This document shows, piece after piece, positions 30,003-42,837 of a DNA stretch of 64,000 nucleotides. Origin of the DNA: Candidatus Geocrenenecus huangii (GTDB lineage: Archaea; Thermoproteota; Nitrososphaeria_A; Caldarchaeales; Wolframiiraptoraceae); assembly GCA_023254095.1 (NCBI GenBank), contig JALNLM010000001.1:96001-160000 (forward strand), written 5' to 3'. A model generated the notes under the pieces. It was not told where the DNA came from, did no database searches, and saw only the letters and a program-made list of their open reading frames with translations. The stretch's first letter is position 1; each line of letters starts with the position of its first letter. A program made the translations under genes and the position numbers.

Positions 30003-31070
30003 ATGGAAGCAGGGAAAAATATTCTTAACTTCTTAGAAGATTATGGTAAGAGAATTACAGCTGAGATAGAAAGATTAGTACCTAGGAGGATCGATCAAGA
30101 AGGAATATCTAAGTTCTTAGGTGAACCATTCTTCAAGTATGAGCCGAAGTCAATAAATGTCTCAATACTAGATCCTTTCTGGGACCTTATAGATAGAGGT
30201 GGAAAGAGGTGGAGACCGGCGTTAACAATCATCATTTACGAAGCTCTAGGCGGGAAGATGGAAGATATCCTACCATTAACGGTTATCCCAGAGATCATAC
30301 ATAATGGGACTCTAGTGGTAGATGATGTAGAAGATGAAAGCGATTACAGGAGGGGCAAACCATGTATCCACAAGATCTATGGAGTAGATATAGCGATAAA
30401 CATGGGGAACACTATGTATTTCCTCCCATTACTAGCGCTCTCAAAGGTCAATATCTCAGATGATAAGAAGTTGAGGATACTCGAGGAATACATTAAAACG
30501 ATGATGGAGCTTAGCTTTGGCCAAGCAATGGATATCGCTTGGCACAGAGGTCTAGTGGACGATGTCACGGAAGAACAGTACATGCAGATGACATTACTTA
30601 AAACTGGGGCACTAGCCAGATTCTCTGCAAAAATAGCATGTATAGTAGCAGAAGCATCGAGAAAAGTTGAAGAAAAGATCTCGAGATTCTCTGAATCTCT
30701 TGCAGTCGCTTTTCAGATTCAAGATGATGTACTAAACATTGCTGGAGAAGAATCAAAGTACGGAAAAGAGATAGGTGGAGATATAAGAGAGGGAAAAAGA
30801 ACTCTATTAGTAGTGTATGCTCTCAGAAACCTACCTTTGGAAAAAGCTGAGCGTTTAAGAAGAATACTCAAAATGAGAACAAATGATAACAGATTGATTC
30901 GGGAAGCTATAGAGCTCTTGAAGGAGTCGGGAGCTATAGAGTATGCTAGGAAGACATGTATAGAGCTTGTATCAAGATCGTGGAATGAGCTTAACGAAGT
31001 TCTACCGGAATCTCCGGCTAAAGAAAAACTAAAAGCCTTATCAGACTTCCTAATCACTAGAGAATTCTAA
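30003..31070 (+). CDS. trans-Polyprenyl diphosphate synthase
   Basis: GGKRWRP, DDVED..DYRRG, GQAMD, KTG, FQIQDD, EGK.T. Confidence 0.93.
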   Translation: MEAGKNILNFLEDYGKRITAEIERLVPRRIDQEGISKFLGEPFFKYEPKSINVSILDPFWDLIDRGGKRWRPALTIIIYEALGGKMEDILPLTVIPEIIHNGTLVVDDVEDESDYRRGKPCIHKIYGVDIAINMGNTMYFLPLLALSKVNISDDKKLRILEEYIKTMMELSFGQAMDIAWHRGLVDDVTEEQYMQMTLLKTGALARFSAKIACIVAEASRKVEEKISRFSESLAVAFQIQDDVLNIAGEESKYGKEIGGDIREGKRTLLVVYALRNLPLEKAERLRRILKMRTNDNRLIREAIELLKESGAIEYARKTCIELVSRSWNELNEVLPESPAKEKLKALSDFLITREF

Positions 31071-31113
31071 TTTTCGCTCCAAGGATCCTAGGATATTTGA
31101 ATATCCACTATTC

Positions 31114-32220
31114 TCATGGATATAGTTTTCTTTCGAGCTCTGCTAATCTTCTAAATGCTTCAAGTTTCTCTTCTCTATCCACTGAGGTTGATTCCAAGAT
31201 CGATCTTAGGAAGTTTATCGACTCATCCATTCTCTTTCTTGATACCGGGTAAGGGACTCCATCTTTTCCACCATGAGCGAAAGTGAATCTTAACGGATCT
31301 CTCCAATCTATCTGTGACCCGTAGATCAGCGTAGAGATTAGAGCCAAAGCCCTCAGGGTTGAGGGGCCGAGCCCTTCTATCTGGATTAATTCTTCATAAT
31401 CGCTAGGCTTTATATTGTATGCTTTATTGACCGCTTTCCAGTTTATCTTTCTAGGCATTTCTAGGTGAGGAGGTAGCTGTAACTCGTGGTCAGCTTCAAT
31501 CCATCTCGTTAATGTCTCCTGCTTATTCAATGAGAGATTTATTAATCTAACTAGCTTTCCAGGATTTTCACAGATAAGGTCAACTGAGGTCTTCCTAGCT
31601 TCTCTGCTTCTACTGGATGTTAGGTTGAGAACAGTTTCTTCTACTCTATCTCCAGCTATTCCACTATGCGGCTCTTCTACGAAGCTTGATACTTTTTCGC
31701 CGATCCAATGATATCTTCTAGCATACTTACTATTCAGATTCATCCCCTGTTGTACTATGCCCCAGTCTCCATCTTCAGTAAATATTATTGCATGATGATA
31801 TATGCTGTAGCCATCTTGAAGAACAGCGTTATCTACTTTGGCTGAGAGTCTACTCACCTTAACGAGCTTGGCCTTTACTTCTTCAGGTATATTTAACTTG
31901 TAGATCATTTCAGGAGTCTTAACGCCCATAGCTCCTTTACCTCCAACTACTGCTAATCCATGGGTATCTATCTTAATCGATTCTCTAAGCGCTCCCATTA
32001 CGACTGTTGTCAAACCGCTGGAATGCCAATCAAATCCTAAAACACATCCAAATGCTTGAAACCAGTAAGGGTCTCCTATCTTTCTTATGACTTCTCTTTT
32101 TCCAAGCTCTTCCACCATCACCTTAACTATTGAGTTGGCGAGGTTTTTCATCTTATCCATTAGCCATGGCGGCACATGACCTTTGTGAAGAGGGAGGTCA
32201 GCTGTCCCACTTAGATTCAT
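31114..32220 (-). CDS. DUF763 family protein
   Basis: ADLPLHKGHVPPWL, GFDWHSSGLTT, FAHGGKDGVPYPV. Confidence 0.88.
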   Translation of the reverse strand: MNLSGTADLPLHKGHVPPWLMDKMKNLANSIVKVMVEELGKREVIRKIGDPYWFQAFGCVLGFDWHSSGLTTVVMGALRESIKIDTHGLAVVGGKGAMGVKTPEMIYKLNIPEEVKAKLVKVSRLSAKVDNAVLQDGYSIYHHAIIFTEDGDWGIVQQGMNLNSKYARRYHWIGEKVSSFVEEPHSGIAGDRVEETVLNLTSSRSREARKTSVDLICENPGKLVRLINLSLNKQETLTRWIEADHELQLPPHLEMPRKINWKAVNKAYNIKPSDYEELIQIEGLGPSTLRALALISTLIYGSQIDWRDPLRFTFAHGGKDGVPYPVSRKRMDESINFLRSILESTSVDREEKLEAFRRLAELERKLYP

Positions 32221-32357
32221 CCTTCTCCTTTATGTATAATCTCGATACTCATAGTTAATCGTTTTCTCCATACCTTTATATCCTCGTGTAATGTATTGCA
32301 TATACTTCATGTTAATGTTGAACTAGAAAGATTTAATTTTCAGATAACCGTCTAAAA

Positions 32358-34604
32358 ATGGGAGTGAATGATTTTATGCAAGGAGATGTTTTGCTAGTTT
32401 CAATTTTATCCATACTTTCAGGTATAGTAGGAGTATTCATAGCAGTCGTCCTGTATGAACTTATACAAAGATACCCGAGAGGTTCCGAGAAGATGATCGA
32501 GATATGGAAAGCAATTAGGGAAGGAGCTAAAGCATACATGTCTAAGCAGATAAAAACAATCATGTCTTTCACGCTCGGCCTGTCTATCGCCGTACTAACG
32601 ATGATATATATCGTCTACAGTTTTGCCATGAACATACCTTCAGAGATAGCTCTTAGAGAGGCAATATTAACCGCAGTATCAGTTCTAGTAGGTGGAGCAT
32701 CATCTATAGCTGCAGCATTCTTTAGTATGGATGCATCAACGAGAACAAATGTTAGGGTAACGGAGGCAGGGAAGAAGAATAGCCTTGAAGCATTGAAGGT
32801 ATCTGTACTCGGTGGAGGAGTGCTAGGATTCTCAGTATATAGTCTAAGCCTACTCGGACTCTCAATACTATTCGTATTGTATAGCTTGATAGGCGGCAGG
32901 CTCCCAGAACAGGTTGAGTATAGAATGGCTCTAGACGCATTGGCAGGATTCGCCTTCGGTGCGAGCCTCTCAGCATTATTTGCGCAGTTAGGTGGAGGAA
33001 TCTACACAAAGGCTGCAGACATAGGTGCAGACCTCGTTGGAAAGATCGAGGCGGGAATCCCTGAAGATGATCCTAGAAATCCTGCTGTAATAGCAGACCA
33101 AGTAGGAGATAATGTAGGAGATTGTGCGGGTAGAGGTGCAGACATCTTCGAATCTGTTACTGCTGAAACACTGGGAGGAATGATAATCGGATGGGTTCTC
33201 TATGTCTTGACTGGTCAACCATTATTTATGGTTCTTCCACTAGCTATTGGGGCTGTTGGAGTAATCTCGACGGTAGCGGGTCTAGTTGGAATACTATCTT
33301 ATCGTCGATTCAGAGAAGCTTTCGAGCCCTTTGCATTCGGTGTAGTGGTATCAGCAGTAGTTTCAGTATTGACTTATGCTCTCGTAGTCTACTTACTCTT
33401 CCCTCTACAGTGGACTTATATGCTCGTAGCCGGAACAGCTGGAATAGTAGGAGCAACACTCGTAGTACTTTCAACTAACAGGTATACTGGAATGAAGTCG
33501 AAACTAGTTCAAGAAGTTGCTCAAGCAGCTCAAAGTGGTCCTGCAATAAATATTTTATCAGGTCTTTCAGTAGGTCTAAGAGCCGTCGCAGAACCTATAA
33601 CGATAATTGCGGCAGCCCTAGGAGTAGCTTTCTATGCTGGGAAGAGCATGCCTCTACCAAGTGTACCTGAAAGTTGGCTGATAGATTTTATCAAAGGAGT
33701 CTTCGGGACAGCCTTAGCTACTAGAGGAATGCTATCTCTAGCTGGAACAATCATGACTCTGGATGGTGCAGGTCCGATCGCTGACAATGCTGGGGGCATC
33801 GCGGAGATGGCAGGACTCGAAGAGAGGGTTAGAGCTAACTTGGATCCATTGGATGCTGTTGGAAACACTACTAAAGCTTTAACAAAAGGTTACGCTATGG
33901 CCTCTGCAACCATCGCCACGCTCCTGCTCTTCCAAGCATTCATTCAAGACTATGTTGCCCGGCAGGTTGGGATACTTGAATTGAGTGCTTCAACTCTTCT
34001 AAAGACTATGCAGGAATTCATAGATTACGTGATCTTATTGAAGCCGGATATAATTATATCTGTCCTTATAGGCGCTCTGCTTCCATACTTGTTTTCAGGC
34101 ATAGCATTAAAAGCAGTATCTAGGGCAGCATTTCAGATGGTAGAAGAAGTTAGGAGACAGTTTAGAGAGATACCTGGCCTCCTAAATGGAGACGCTAAAC
34201 CTGATTACTATCGAGCCGTCTCGATAAGCACTGAGTATGCTTTAAAGAGTATGGCCACTCCCGCATTGTTAATAATTATAACACCCTTGATCGTGGGTGT
34301 CCTGTTCGGTGGCCCAGGAATAGGAGCTCTAGTCATAGGTTCAACAGCCTCCACAATACCTTTAGCTATAATGATGATGTGGGGTGGAGCTACATGGGAT
34401 AATGCAAAGAAATTTATCGAGGCAGGGAATTTCGGAGGAAAACGTTCGCCCGCACATCAAGCAGCAGTAGTAGGCGATACCGTCGGTGATCCGTTGAAAG
34501 ATACCGTTGGACCCTCGTTACACATACTTATCAAGCTGCTTAATACGATCTCGCTAGTATTCATTCCACTTTACTTCCTATGGATACTACACGCCGTTAT
34601 ATGA
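32358..34604 (+). CDS. hppA: Membrane-bound H+-translocating pyrophosphatase, K+-independent signature
   Basis: GGIYTKAADIGADLVGK, EDDPRN, DNVGD, GNTTKA, GDTVGDPLKD; start may be ATG 32376. Confidence 0.95.
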   Translation: MGVNDFMQGDVLLVSILSILSGIVGVFIAVVLYELIQRYPRGSEKMIEIWKAIREGAKAYMSKQIKTIMSFTLGLSIAVLTMIYIVYSFAMNIPSEIALREAILTAVSVLVGGASSIAAAFFSMDASTRTNVRVTEAGKKNSLEALKVSVLGGGVLGFSVYSLSLLGLSILFVLYSLIGGRLPEQVEYRMALDALAGFAFGASLSALFAQLGGGIYTKAADIGADLVGKIEAGIPEDDPRNPAVIADQVGDNVGDCAGRGADIFESVTAETLGGMIIGWVLYVLTGQPLFMVLPLAIGAVGVISTVAGLVGILSYRRFREAFEPFAFGVVVSAVVSVLTYALVVYLLFPLQWTYMLVAGTAGIVGATLVVLSTNRYTGMKSKLVQEVAQAAQSGPAINILSGLSVGLRAVAEPITIIAAALGVAFYAGKSMPLPSVPESWLIDFIKGVFGTALATRGMLSLAGTIMTLDGAGPIADNAGGIAEMAGLEERVRANLDPLDAVGNTTKALTKGYAMASATIATLLLFQAFIQDYVARQVGILELSASTLLKTMQEFIDYVILLKPDIIISVLIGALLPYLFSGIALKAVSRAAFQMVEEVRRQFREIPGLLNGDAKPDYYRAVSISTEYALKSMATPALLIIITPLIVGVLFGGPGIGALVIGSTASTIPLAIMMMWGGATWDNAKKFIEAGNFGGKRSPAHQAAVVGDTVGDPLKDTVGPSLHILIKLLNTISLVFIPLYFLWILHAVI

Positions 34605-34684
34605 TGCAGACCTAGATTTCTGTATTTTTCCTCTACATATTCTTTAGGAAATACTCTTATACCGCTAGAGAAAAATTATTAGTA

Positions 34685-35209
34685 ATGAGTTTTCTCGAAG
34701 AAATTCGAGAAGAACCTTTACATATATTCTCTAAACTCGAAGCAGAAGTTCTAGAATATCTCGAGAGACATCCATGGGGGGGTACAATACATCAGATAGC
34801 TAGAGATGTTAAGTGTTCTTTCAAGTCTCTTTATAGTGTGTTGGGGATGCTTGAGAAAAATGGATGGATAATGACGGTAAAGGAAAGAAATGGTGGTATC
34901 GGGAGACCGAGGAATAGATATATTCTGAGGCAAAGTCTAAGTACTATAATCAGGAAGCTACATGATTGTGGATGCAGGTTTGATGATAGAACAAAGTTTC
35001 TAAATCTATCCGAGGTCTCCTATCCTTATTCTCTTACTATATTCAAAAGAGCATTAGCCAAGGTGAATTATGGAGAATGCCTTGTAATACTTCTGGGAGA
35101 CACAGCCAACTTAAGAGAGTTTGAAGAGTTAGCATCAAAAAAAGACATAAGGGTCGTAGACATTCTAACAAACAGTCATAACATAAGAGTGATCTTTAAG
35201 AAAGGCTAG
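34685..35209 (+). CDS. Winged-HTH regulator fused to TusA/SirA-like domain
   Basis: HTH with GRP wing motif; C-terminal LNLSEVSYPYS...KRAL...GECLVILLGD...IRVIFKKG resembles TusA. Confidence 0.7.
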   Translation: MSFLEEIREEPLHIFSKLEAEVLEYLERHPWGGTIHQIARDVKCSFKSLYSVLGMLEKNGWIMTVKERNGGIGRPRNRYILRQSLSTIIRKLHDCGCRFDDRTKFLNLSEVSYPYSLTIFKRALAKVNYGECLVILLGDTANLREFEELASKKDIRVVDILTNSHNIRVIFKKG

Positions 35210-35431
35210 GACGGAGAACATAAAGGTCTTCTTCCTTATCTTGTCCCTCCGTTTTAAGCAAGGAAAAAATCTTAAATTTAAGCTGATAGTGTTTCAAAGC
35301 ATTAAAAATGCGTAGATAGCCAAATGTTAAGCTAAAGAAGATAATATTTAGCAATTCTCGCGTAAAAATCGTTACTGAAAAACTTGAGAAGACTAATATA
35401 TCAGAAGTAATAAGCAGGGCGTGAGAAGAAC

Positions 35432-36394
35432 ATGCCTGACTTTCCTAATAAGGACCTGTTAAAGAATCTTTCAAATGAGATTACTAAGCTTGTCGAGAAT
35501 GTGTCGGAGAGTGTTGCAAGCGTTATAACTACTTCCTTGACAATGGATGCTTTCCTCAGAGTTGTACCAATTAGAGGTGTTGGCTCAGCTTTCGTTATCT
35601 CTGAAGATGGATACCTCGTAACCAATAGTCATGTTATAGCGAGAGCGGAATCTATAACACTCTTGATAAAGGATGAGACACTGCAAGCAAGGATAGTATC
35701 GTTAGACCCATCGAGAGACATCGCTTTGCTGAAAGCTCAAACTAGTAGGCTCAAACCAATCAAGCTAGGAGATTCAGATAAGGTTAGTATAGGAGAGATA
35801 GTATTAGCGATAGGTAGTCCTCTAGGCCTACCAGGTCCCAACGTGAGCTTAGGAGTTGTGAGTGCGAAAGGTAGAGTGATAGAAGGAGAAGACTTTATAC
35901 TAGAAGACCTCATACAGACAGATGCTGCGATAAATCCTGGGAATAGTGGTGGCCCCCTCATAAACATGGAGGGAGAAGTAGTAGGAGTTACCACTGCAAT
36001 GATACCATTTGCACAAGGTGTTGGATTCGCTATACCAATAAATACAGTTAAACGTTTTATGGACATGATAGCTAGATACGGTAGACCTATCAGAGCTTAC
36101 ATAGGCGTAATCACCACACCACTGAGCGACCAGATAGCGACATACTATGGACTCCCAGTTCGTGAAGGACTTATTGTATTAAGAGTCTTAAGAGGAAGTC
36201 CATCACATATTTATGGAATCCAAGAAGGAGATATCATAACACATGCAGGATCACATAAATTAAAGAATGTCAGCGACCTAAGAAGAATAATAGAAGAATC
36301 ACTGGAAACCGGTAGAGTGAACTTAACAATAATAAGAGGCCATAAGAAGATTGAATTAGTGATACCGATTGTTATTGAAGAAGTAGGATACTAG
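35432..36394 (+). CDS. HtrA/DegP-like serine protease with one PDZ domain, no signal peptide
   Basis: TNSHV, DIALL, QTDAAINPGNSGGPL, GDII PDZ. Confidence 0.93.
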   Translation: MPDFPNKDLLKNLSNEITKLVENVSESVASVITTSLTMDAFLRVVPIRGVGSAFVISEDGYLVTNSHVIARAESITLLIKDETLQARIVSLDPSRDIALLKAQTSRLKPIKLGDSDKVSIGEIVLAIGSPLGLPGPNVSLGVVSAKGRVIEGEDFILEDLIQTDAAINPGNSGGPLINMEGEVVGVTTAMIPFAQGVGFAIPINTVKRFMDMIARYGRPIRAYIGVITTPLSDQIATYYGLPVREGLIVLRVLRGSPSHIYGIQEGDIITHAGSHKLKNVSDLRRIIEESLETGRVNLTIIRGHKKIELVIPIVIEEVGY

Positions 36395-36397
36395 TTC

Positions 36398-36788
36398 CTA
36401 TAAGGTCTCAGAGCTAAAGTGTGTACCCTTCATCGCTTTAACCGGACAAATTGCTTCATATGCCATACAGGATATACAGTCTTTCTCTCTGATAATATCA
36501 GATTTACCCACTCTGTATTTCTCAAAAAGTTCTCGGAAGAACGCGCACAGATCATTTCCATTACCTTTCCTGCCTGGATTTAAAGCCTATTCAAATACAT
36601 ATACTGAACATACGCTCATGCATGCTCCATTCACTATACAGTAATCCCAATCGACCGCAAACTACGTTTCATGTATCCTAAGCTTTGTAGGATAAGATTT
36701 ACCTTCAGAATCCATACTCTACATGCTTTCAGCTCCGACAGCATGCTCATTATAAGTGAAAAACTGTGTTTCATCCGACCTTAGCCAT
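36398..36788 (-). pseudogene. Zinc-containing dicluster ferredoxin pseudogene
   Basis: Manual translation PTKLRIHET*FAVDWDYCIVNGACMSVCSVYVFE*ALNPG...KSDIIREKDCISCMAYEAICPVKA; 5' boundary approximate. Confidence 0.8.
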
Positions 36789-36869
36789 GAAAGAGGTTTT
36801 TCGATTCTATGAGTAAGTTATGATTTTTCAAGATAAAAGGATTTAAAGGAGTAGGATGAGATATCATGC

Positions 36870-37190
36870 ATGAATGCTCAGCATTCGAGTGGAAGAGTGA
36901 GCTGCTCTGAATGTGTTAATTTCACAATTCATCCTGATTATCCTTACTTAGTAATATGTCTGGAAAAACAACAATTGGCCCCTCTTCCTAAAGAAGTCTG
37001 TAAGGACTATGTAGAGAAGACCTGGGAGAAATTAATCGAAATGTTATCTGAGAGAGGATTCCTCTATTGTAGTGAATGTAAGAAACCGATATATAGTTTG
37101 GACGAGTTAAATAACCATAAGAAAGAGTTTATCTCTTTAGAATTCTTCCCGGACGAGGTTGCAAGTGAGGAATCCCCCGCAGCAGACTGA
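36870..37190 (+). CDS. Cys-rich putative metal-binding protein upstream of OFOR
   Basis: CSEC...C...C and YCSEC...H motifs. Confidence 0.7.
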   Translation: MNAQHSSGRVSCSECVNFTIHPDYPYLVICLEKQQLAPLPKEVCKDYVEKTWEKLIEMLSERGFLYCSECKKPIYSLDELNNHKKEFISLEFFPDEVASEESPAAD

Positions 37191-37227
37191 GTAATTAGAG
37201 AAAGTTATTAACGTGCTCATAAGGAGT

Positions 37228-40072
<2,845 letters not shown>

Positions 40073-40122
40073 ACCCGCTGTTTAATCTCTACAAACATTC
40101 TGCCTCATAATTGTAATATGAG

Positions 40123-40569
40123 TCAGGCGATTAGTAAGGGTATGTCCCTAGCTACATTCTTAATCTTTTCGACAATTTTAAAGGACTCGTATCTGCTGTA
40201 GCCTACGACGACGTGTTCAGCGTTTCTCACTTGTTGTAGTAATGATTTGAGAGAACCATACTTTGCATGTATAATCTTAGTTCTAACATTCTTCTCGATC
40301 GCCATGTTGATTATCTTCTCCAGAACCTGGTTTGCTCTTCTCAGTTCTTCATGGAATCTTTTCTCAGAAAATGTGTAGATTAAAGCGATATGATCTCCAA
40401 CGCCTTTTCTTATGCTAGGTCCAGGCAGGTACTCAGCAACCTCCCTCTTGAAAATATAAGCTACTACGAGATCTAGCCCCTTGGAAGATGCTAACTCGAT
40501 TGCTCTCTCTCCGATTCTTATTCCATCAGCTAAATCTGGAATTATTAGTAAGACATATCCCCGGGCCAA
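40123..40569 (-). CDS. Universal stress protein-like, divergent
   Basis: Size and beta-alpha pattern, HVVVG, C-terminal IPLLIA. Confidence 0.55.
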   Translation of the reverse strand: MARGYVLLIIPDLADGIRIGERAIELASSKGLDLVVAYIFKREVAEYLPGPSIRKGVGDHIALIYTFSEKRFHEELRRANQVLEKIINMAIEKNVRTKIIHAKYGSLKSLLQQVRNAEHVVVGYSRYESFKIVEKIKNVARDIPLLIA

Positions 40570-40618
40570 TCTTCCTCTATCTACCAGTTATCTTTATTCT
40601 AAGGTGAAGATATAAATT

Positions 40619-41857
40619 TTAATCAAGATACCTATAAAGAAGTCCTATGACAAATCTACCCACTGCTGTGACGATGTACAACGTTGTTAGAGCAGCTTCC
40701 AAAGACCATGATTGTTGAAGTATTTCTAGAATGTATCCAGCTACTAATGAACCACAAAAGAAAGCCGACCCAACCGAGAAATTATACAGAGCGGTGTAAA
40801 CTCCCTTCTCCTCTATAGGGGTATTCTCTAGAACGTATGCAAGAGAAGCAGCATCGTAAAGTGCACCGAACACCCCTATCAATGCATGTATCAAGACTAG
40901 GGATAGAAGATAAGGGGAAAAAGCATAAACTAACGGAATTAAAGCCATAGCCGAGCCACTCAATGCAAGAATACTTGAAGTCTTAACTAAAGTAAGATGG
41001 TCCCTAAGTAGAGCTAGTCCAGCAGCGCCTGAAAGTCCGAAAACAATGTCTAAAATACTTATGTCGAAGAGGGATAACACGGATATTTTTGTTAATGTAA
41101 TTGTGAAAAGAGGCCATGCCATCGATAAGAAGAAGCCAAAACTTACTGATAAAACCAGGAAATTGAGAAACTTTATGCACCTTCGAATTCTGAGAGTCTT
41201 TATAGAAGGCAAGTATCCTTCCTCCGGATCTACGTTTAGTTCTTTACAAAATATCCAAGTGATGATAGAACCGGTTATTCCTGATATAGAAGCTATCGAG
41301 AACCCTATAGAGAAACCGCTTAAACCAAGTAGGGATGATAGACCAACTGCCAAAGTTGCTAGAACCCATCCTAGGTAACTTAGAGAATTGATGTTTTCTA
41401 TGAATCTCCGCCACCTATCTTCGCTTATCAGCCTCGAGGAATATGCTACGAATGTAGGTATGCTCATAGACGCAGTCATTGAGTGAAACGTTACTAGTCC
41501 AATAAAGACCGTAATGCTTTTCACGAACAACAATGCTGCCATCGTTATGGATGAGAAAAACCCACCCAGAATAATGAACATAACATATTTAATCAATCTG
41601 TCACTTAGATATCCCCAAATTACTTGGAAGAAGTTTAATGATAAATTGCTTAAAGAATAGAGTATACCTATCTCAATTGGCGACGCCCCAAGTTCTATTG
41701 CATATATTGGGATAAATGGTGAACTTGCACCATAGTGGATAGAGTCTAATAATGCCTTGCAGTACAGAACATGCTCTATCCACTTATTCTTATCTTTGTT
41801 CATTGAAGCCACCTCCAGACTAATATTAACCAAATCCCTAGAAGTATACGCTTCCAT
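40619..41857 (-). CDS. MFS transporter
   Basis: About 12 hydrophobic segments, WGYLSDRL motif A. Confidence 0.88.
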   Translation of the reverse strand: MEAYTSRDLVNISLEVASMNKDKNKWIEHVLYCKALLDSIHYGASSPFIPIYAIELGASPIEIGILYSLSNLSLNFFQVIWGYLSDRLIKYVMFIILGGFFSSITMAALLFVKSITVFIGLVTFHSMTASMSIPTFVAYSSRLISEDRWRRFIENINSLSYLGWVLATLAVGLSSLLGLSGFSIGFSIASISGITGSIITWIFCKELNVDPEEGYLPSIKTLRIRRCIKFLNFLVLSVSFGFFLSMAWPLFTITLTKISVLSLFDISILDIVFGLSGAAGLALLRDHLTLVKTSSILALSGSAMALIPLVYAFSPYLLSLVLIHALIGVFGALYDAASLAYVLENTPIEEKGVYTALYNFSVGSAFFCGSLVAGYILEILQQSWSLEAALTTLYIVTAVGRFVIGLLYRYLD

Positions 41858-42081
41858 GAAGAATCTGGAGTGGGGCGAGACCCGATGAAACTTCTGTGAA
41901 CAATAATTGTCTTGCCAATATTTAACTAAAAAATTGTTTAATTCTATATTCCTGCATCAAAACGCTACATTGTTTTTATTTCGAGCAGGATATTTATATG
42001 AGGTATGACTTCTTCGAGAAAATTCTATATCATAGTGAATCTTATTGATGAGACTTAATAACCGCGGAGATTATTTTTAAT

Positions 42082-42837
42082 TTGAGCTTGATGGATTTAG
42101 CTGTAGCACTAGAGAGAATCAAACAAGCAATCCTTAAGAGAGAGGTAATAGTAATAGTCGGATTATGTGAAGTTTTTTATGAAGGCAGAGCCTCATCTAT
42201 TCTCGGTCCTGGAGAAAGAATCGCCATCATTAAATCAGACTATAGTGTGCTAATTCATAGACCATCTGGTTACGAACCTTCCAATTGGCAGCCGCCAGAT
42301 TCTAAGATCGATTTAAAGATAAAGGATAATACGCTGGTATTGGAAGCTAGAAGAGTGAATCCATCTGAAATACTAACTGTAATATTCCATGAAGTCTACC
42401 AGATCTTGTCTTGGAAACTTCTTGATGAAGCAGACTTCAGCATGTATGCAACTGAAGAAGACATGAAGAAGGCCATATTATTCAACCCATCGATAATTGA
42501 AGAAGGATTCCAGCCGTTTGAACAAGAAAGAAAACTTAAGCCTTCAGGATTCGTCGATATATTAGGAGTCGATTCTTCCGGTAGACTAACCGTTGTAGAG
42601 ATCAAGAGAAGAAAAGCTACTGTAGAAGATATTAATCAATTGGTCCAGTATGCGAATAGCGTGGAGAGGGAATTCGGCGTCAGGCCGAGAGCGATTATTG
42701 TGGCCCCCGGAGTCCAGCGTTCAGCTGTCCGAGCCATGCACATAAACAGCATAGAGTTCAGATGTTTAACACCGAAGAAGTCTGCAGAGATTCTTAGAAA
42801 GAAGGCTGGGCTAGATAGGTATGCCGGCCTAGAATAA
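42082..42837 (+). CDS. nucS: Endonuclease NucS/EndoMS
   Basis: YEGRA, PSNWQP, VDILG.D...VVEIKR, QLVQY. Confidence 0.94.
   Translation: MSLMDLAVALERIKQAILKREVIVIVGLCEVFYEGRASSILGPGERIAIIKSDYSVLIHRPSGYEPSNWQPPDSKIDLKIKDNTLVLEARRVNPSEILTVIFHEVYQILSWKLLDEADFSMYATEEDMKKAILFNPSIIEEGFQPFEQERKLKPSGFVDILGVDSSGRLTVVEIKRRKATVEDINQLVQYANSVEREFGVRPRAIIVAPGVQRSAVRAMHINSIEFRCLTPKKSAEILRKKAGLDRYAGLE

Noticed and set aside
41855-41905. ATGAAGA...CCGATGA C/D-like boxes
   Set aside because: No terminal D box or recognisable rRNA complementarity
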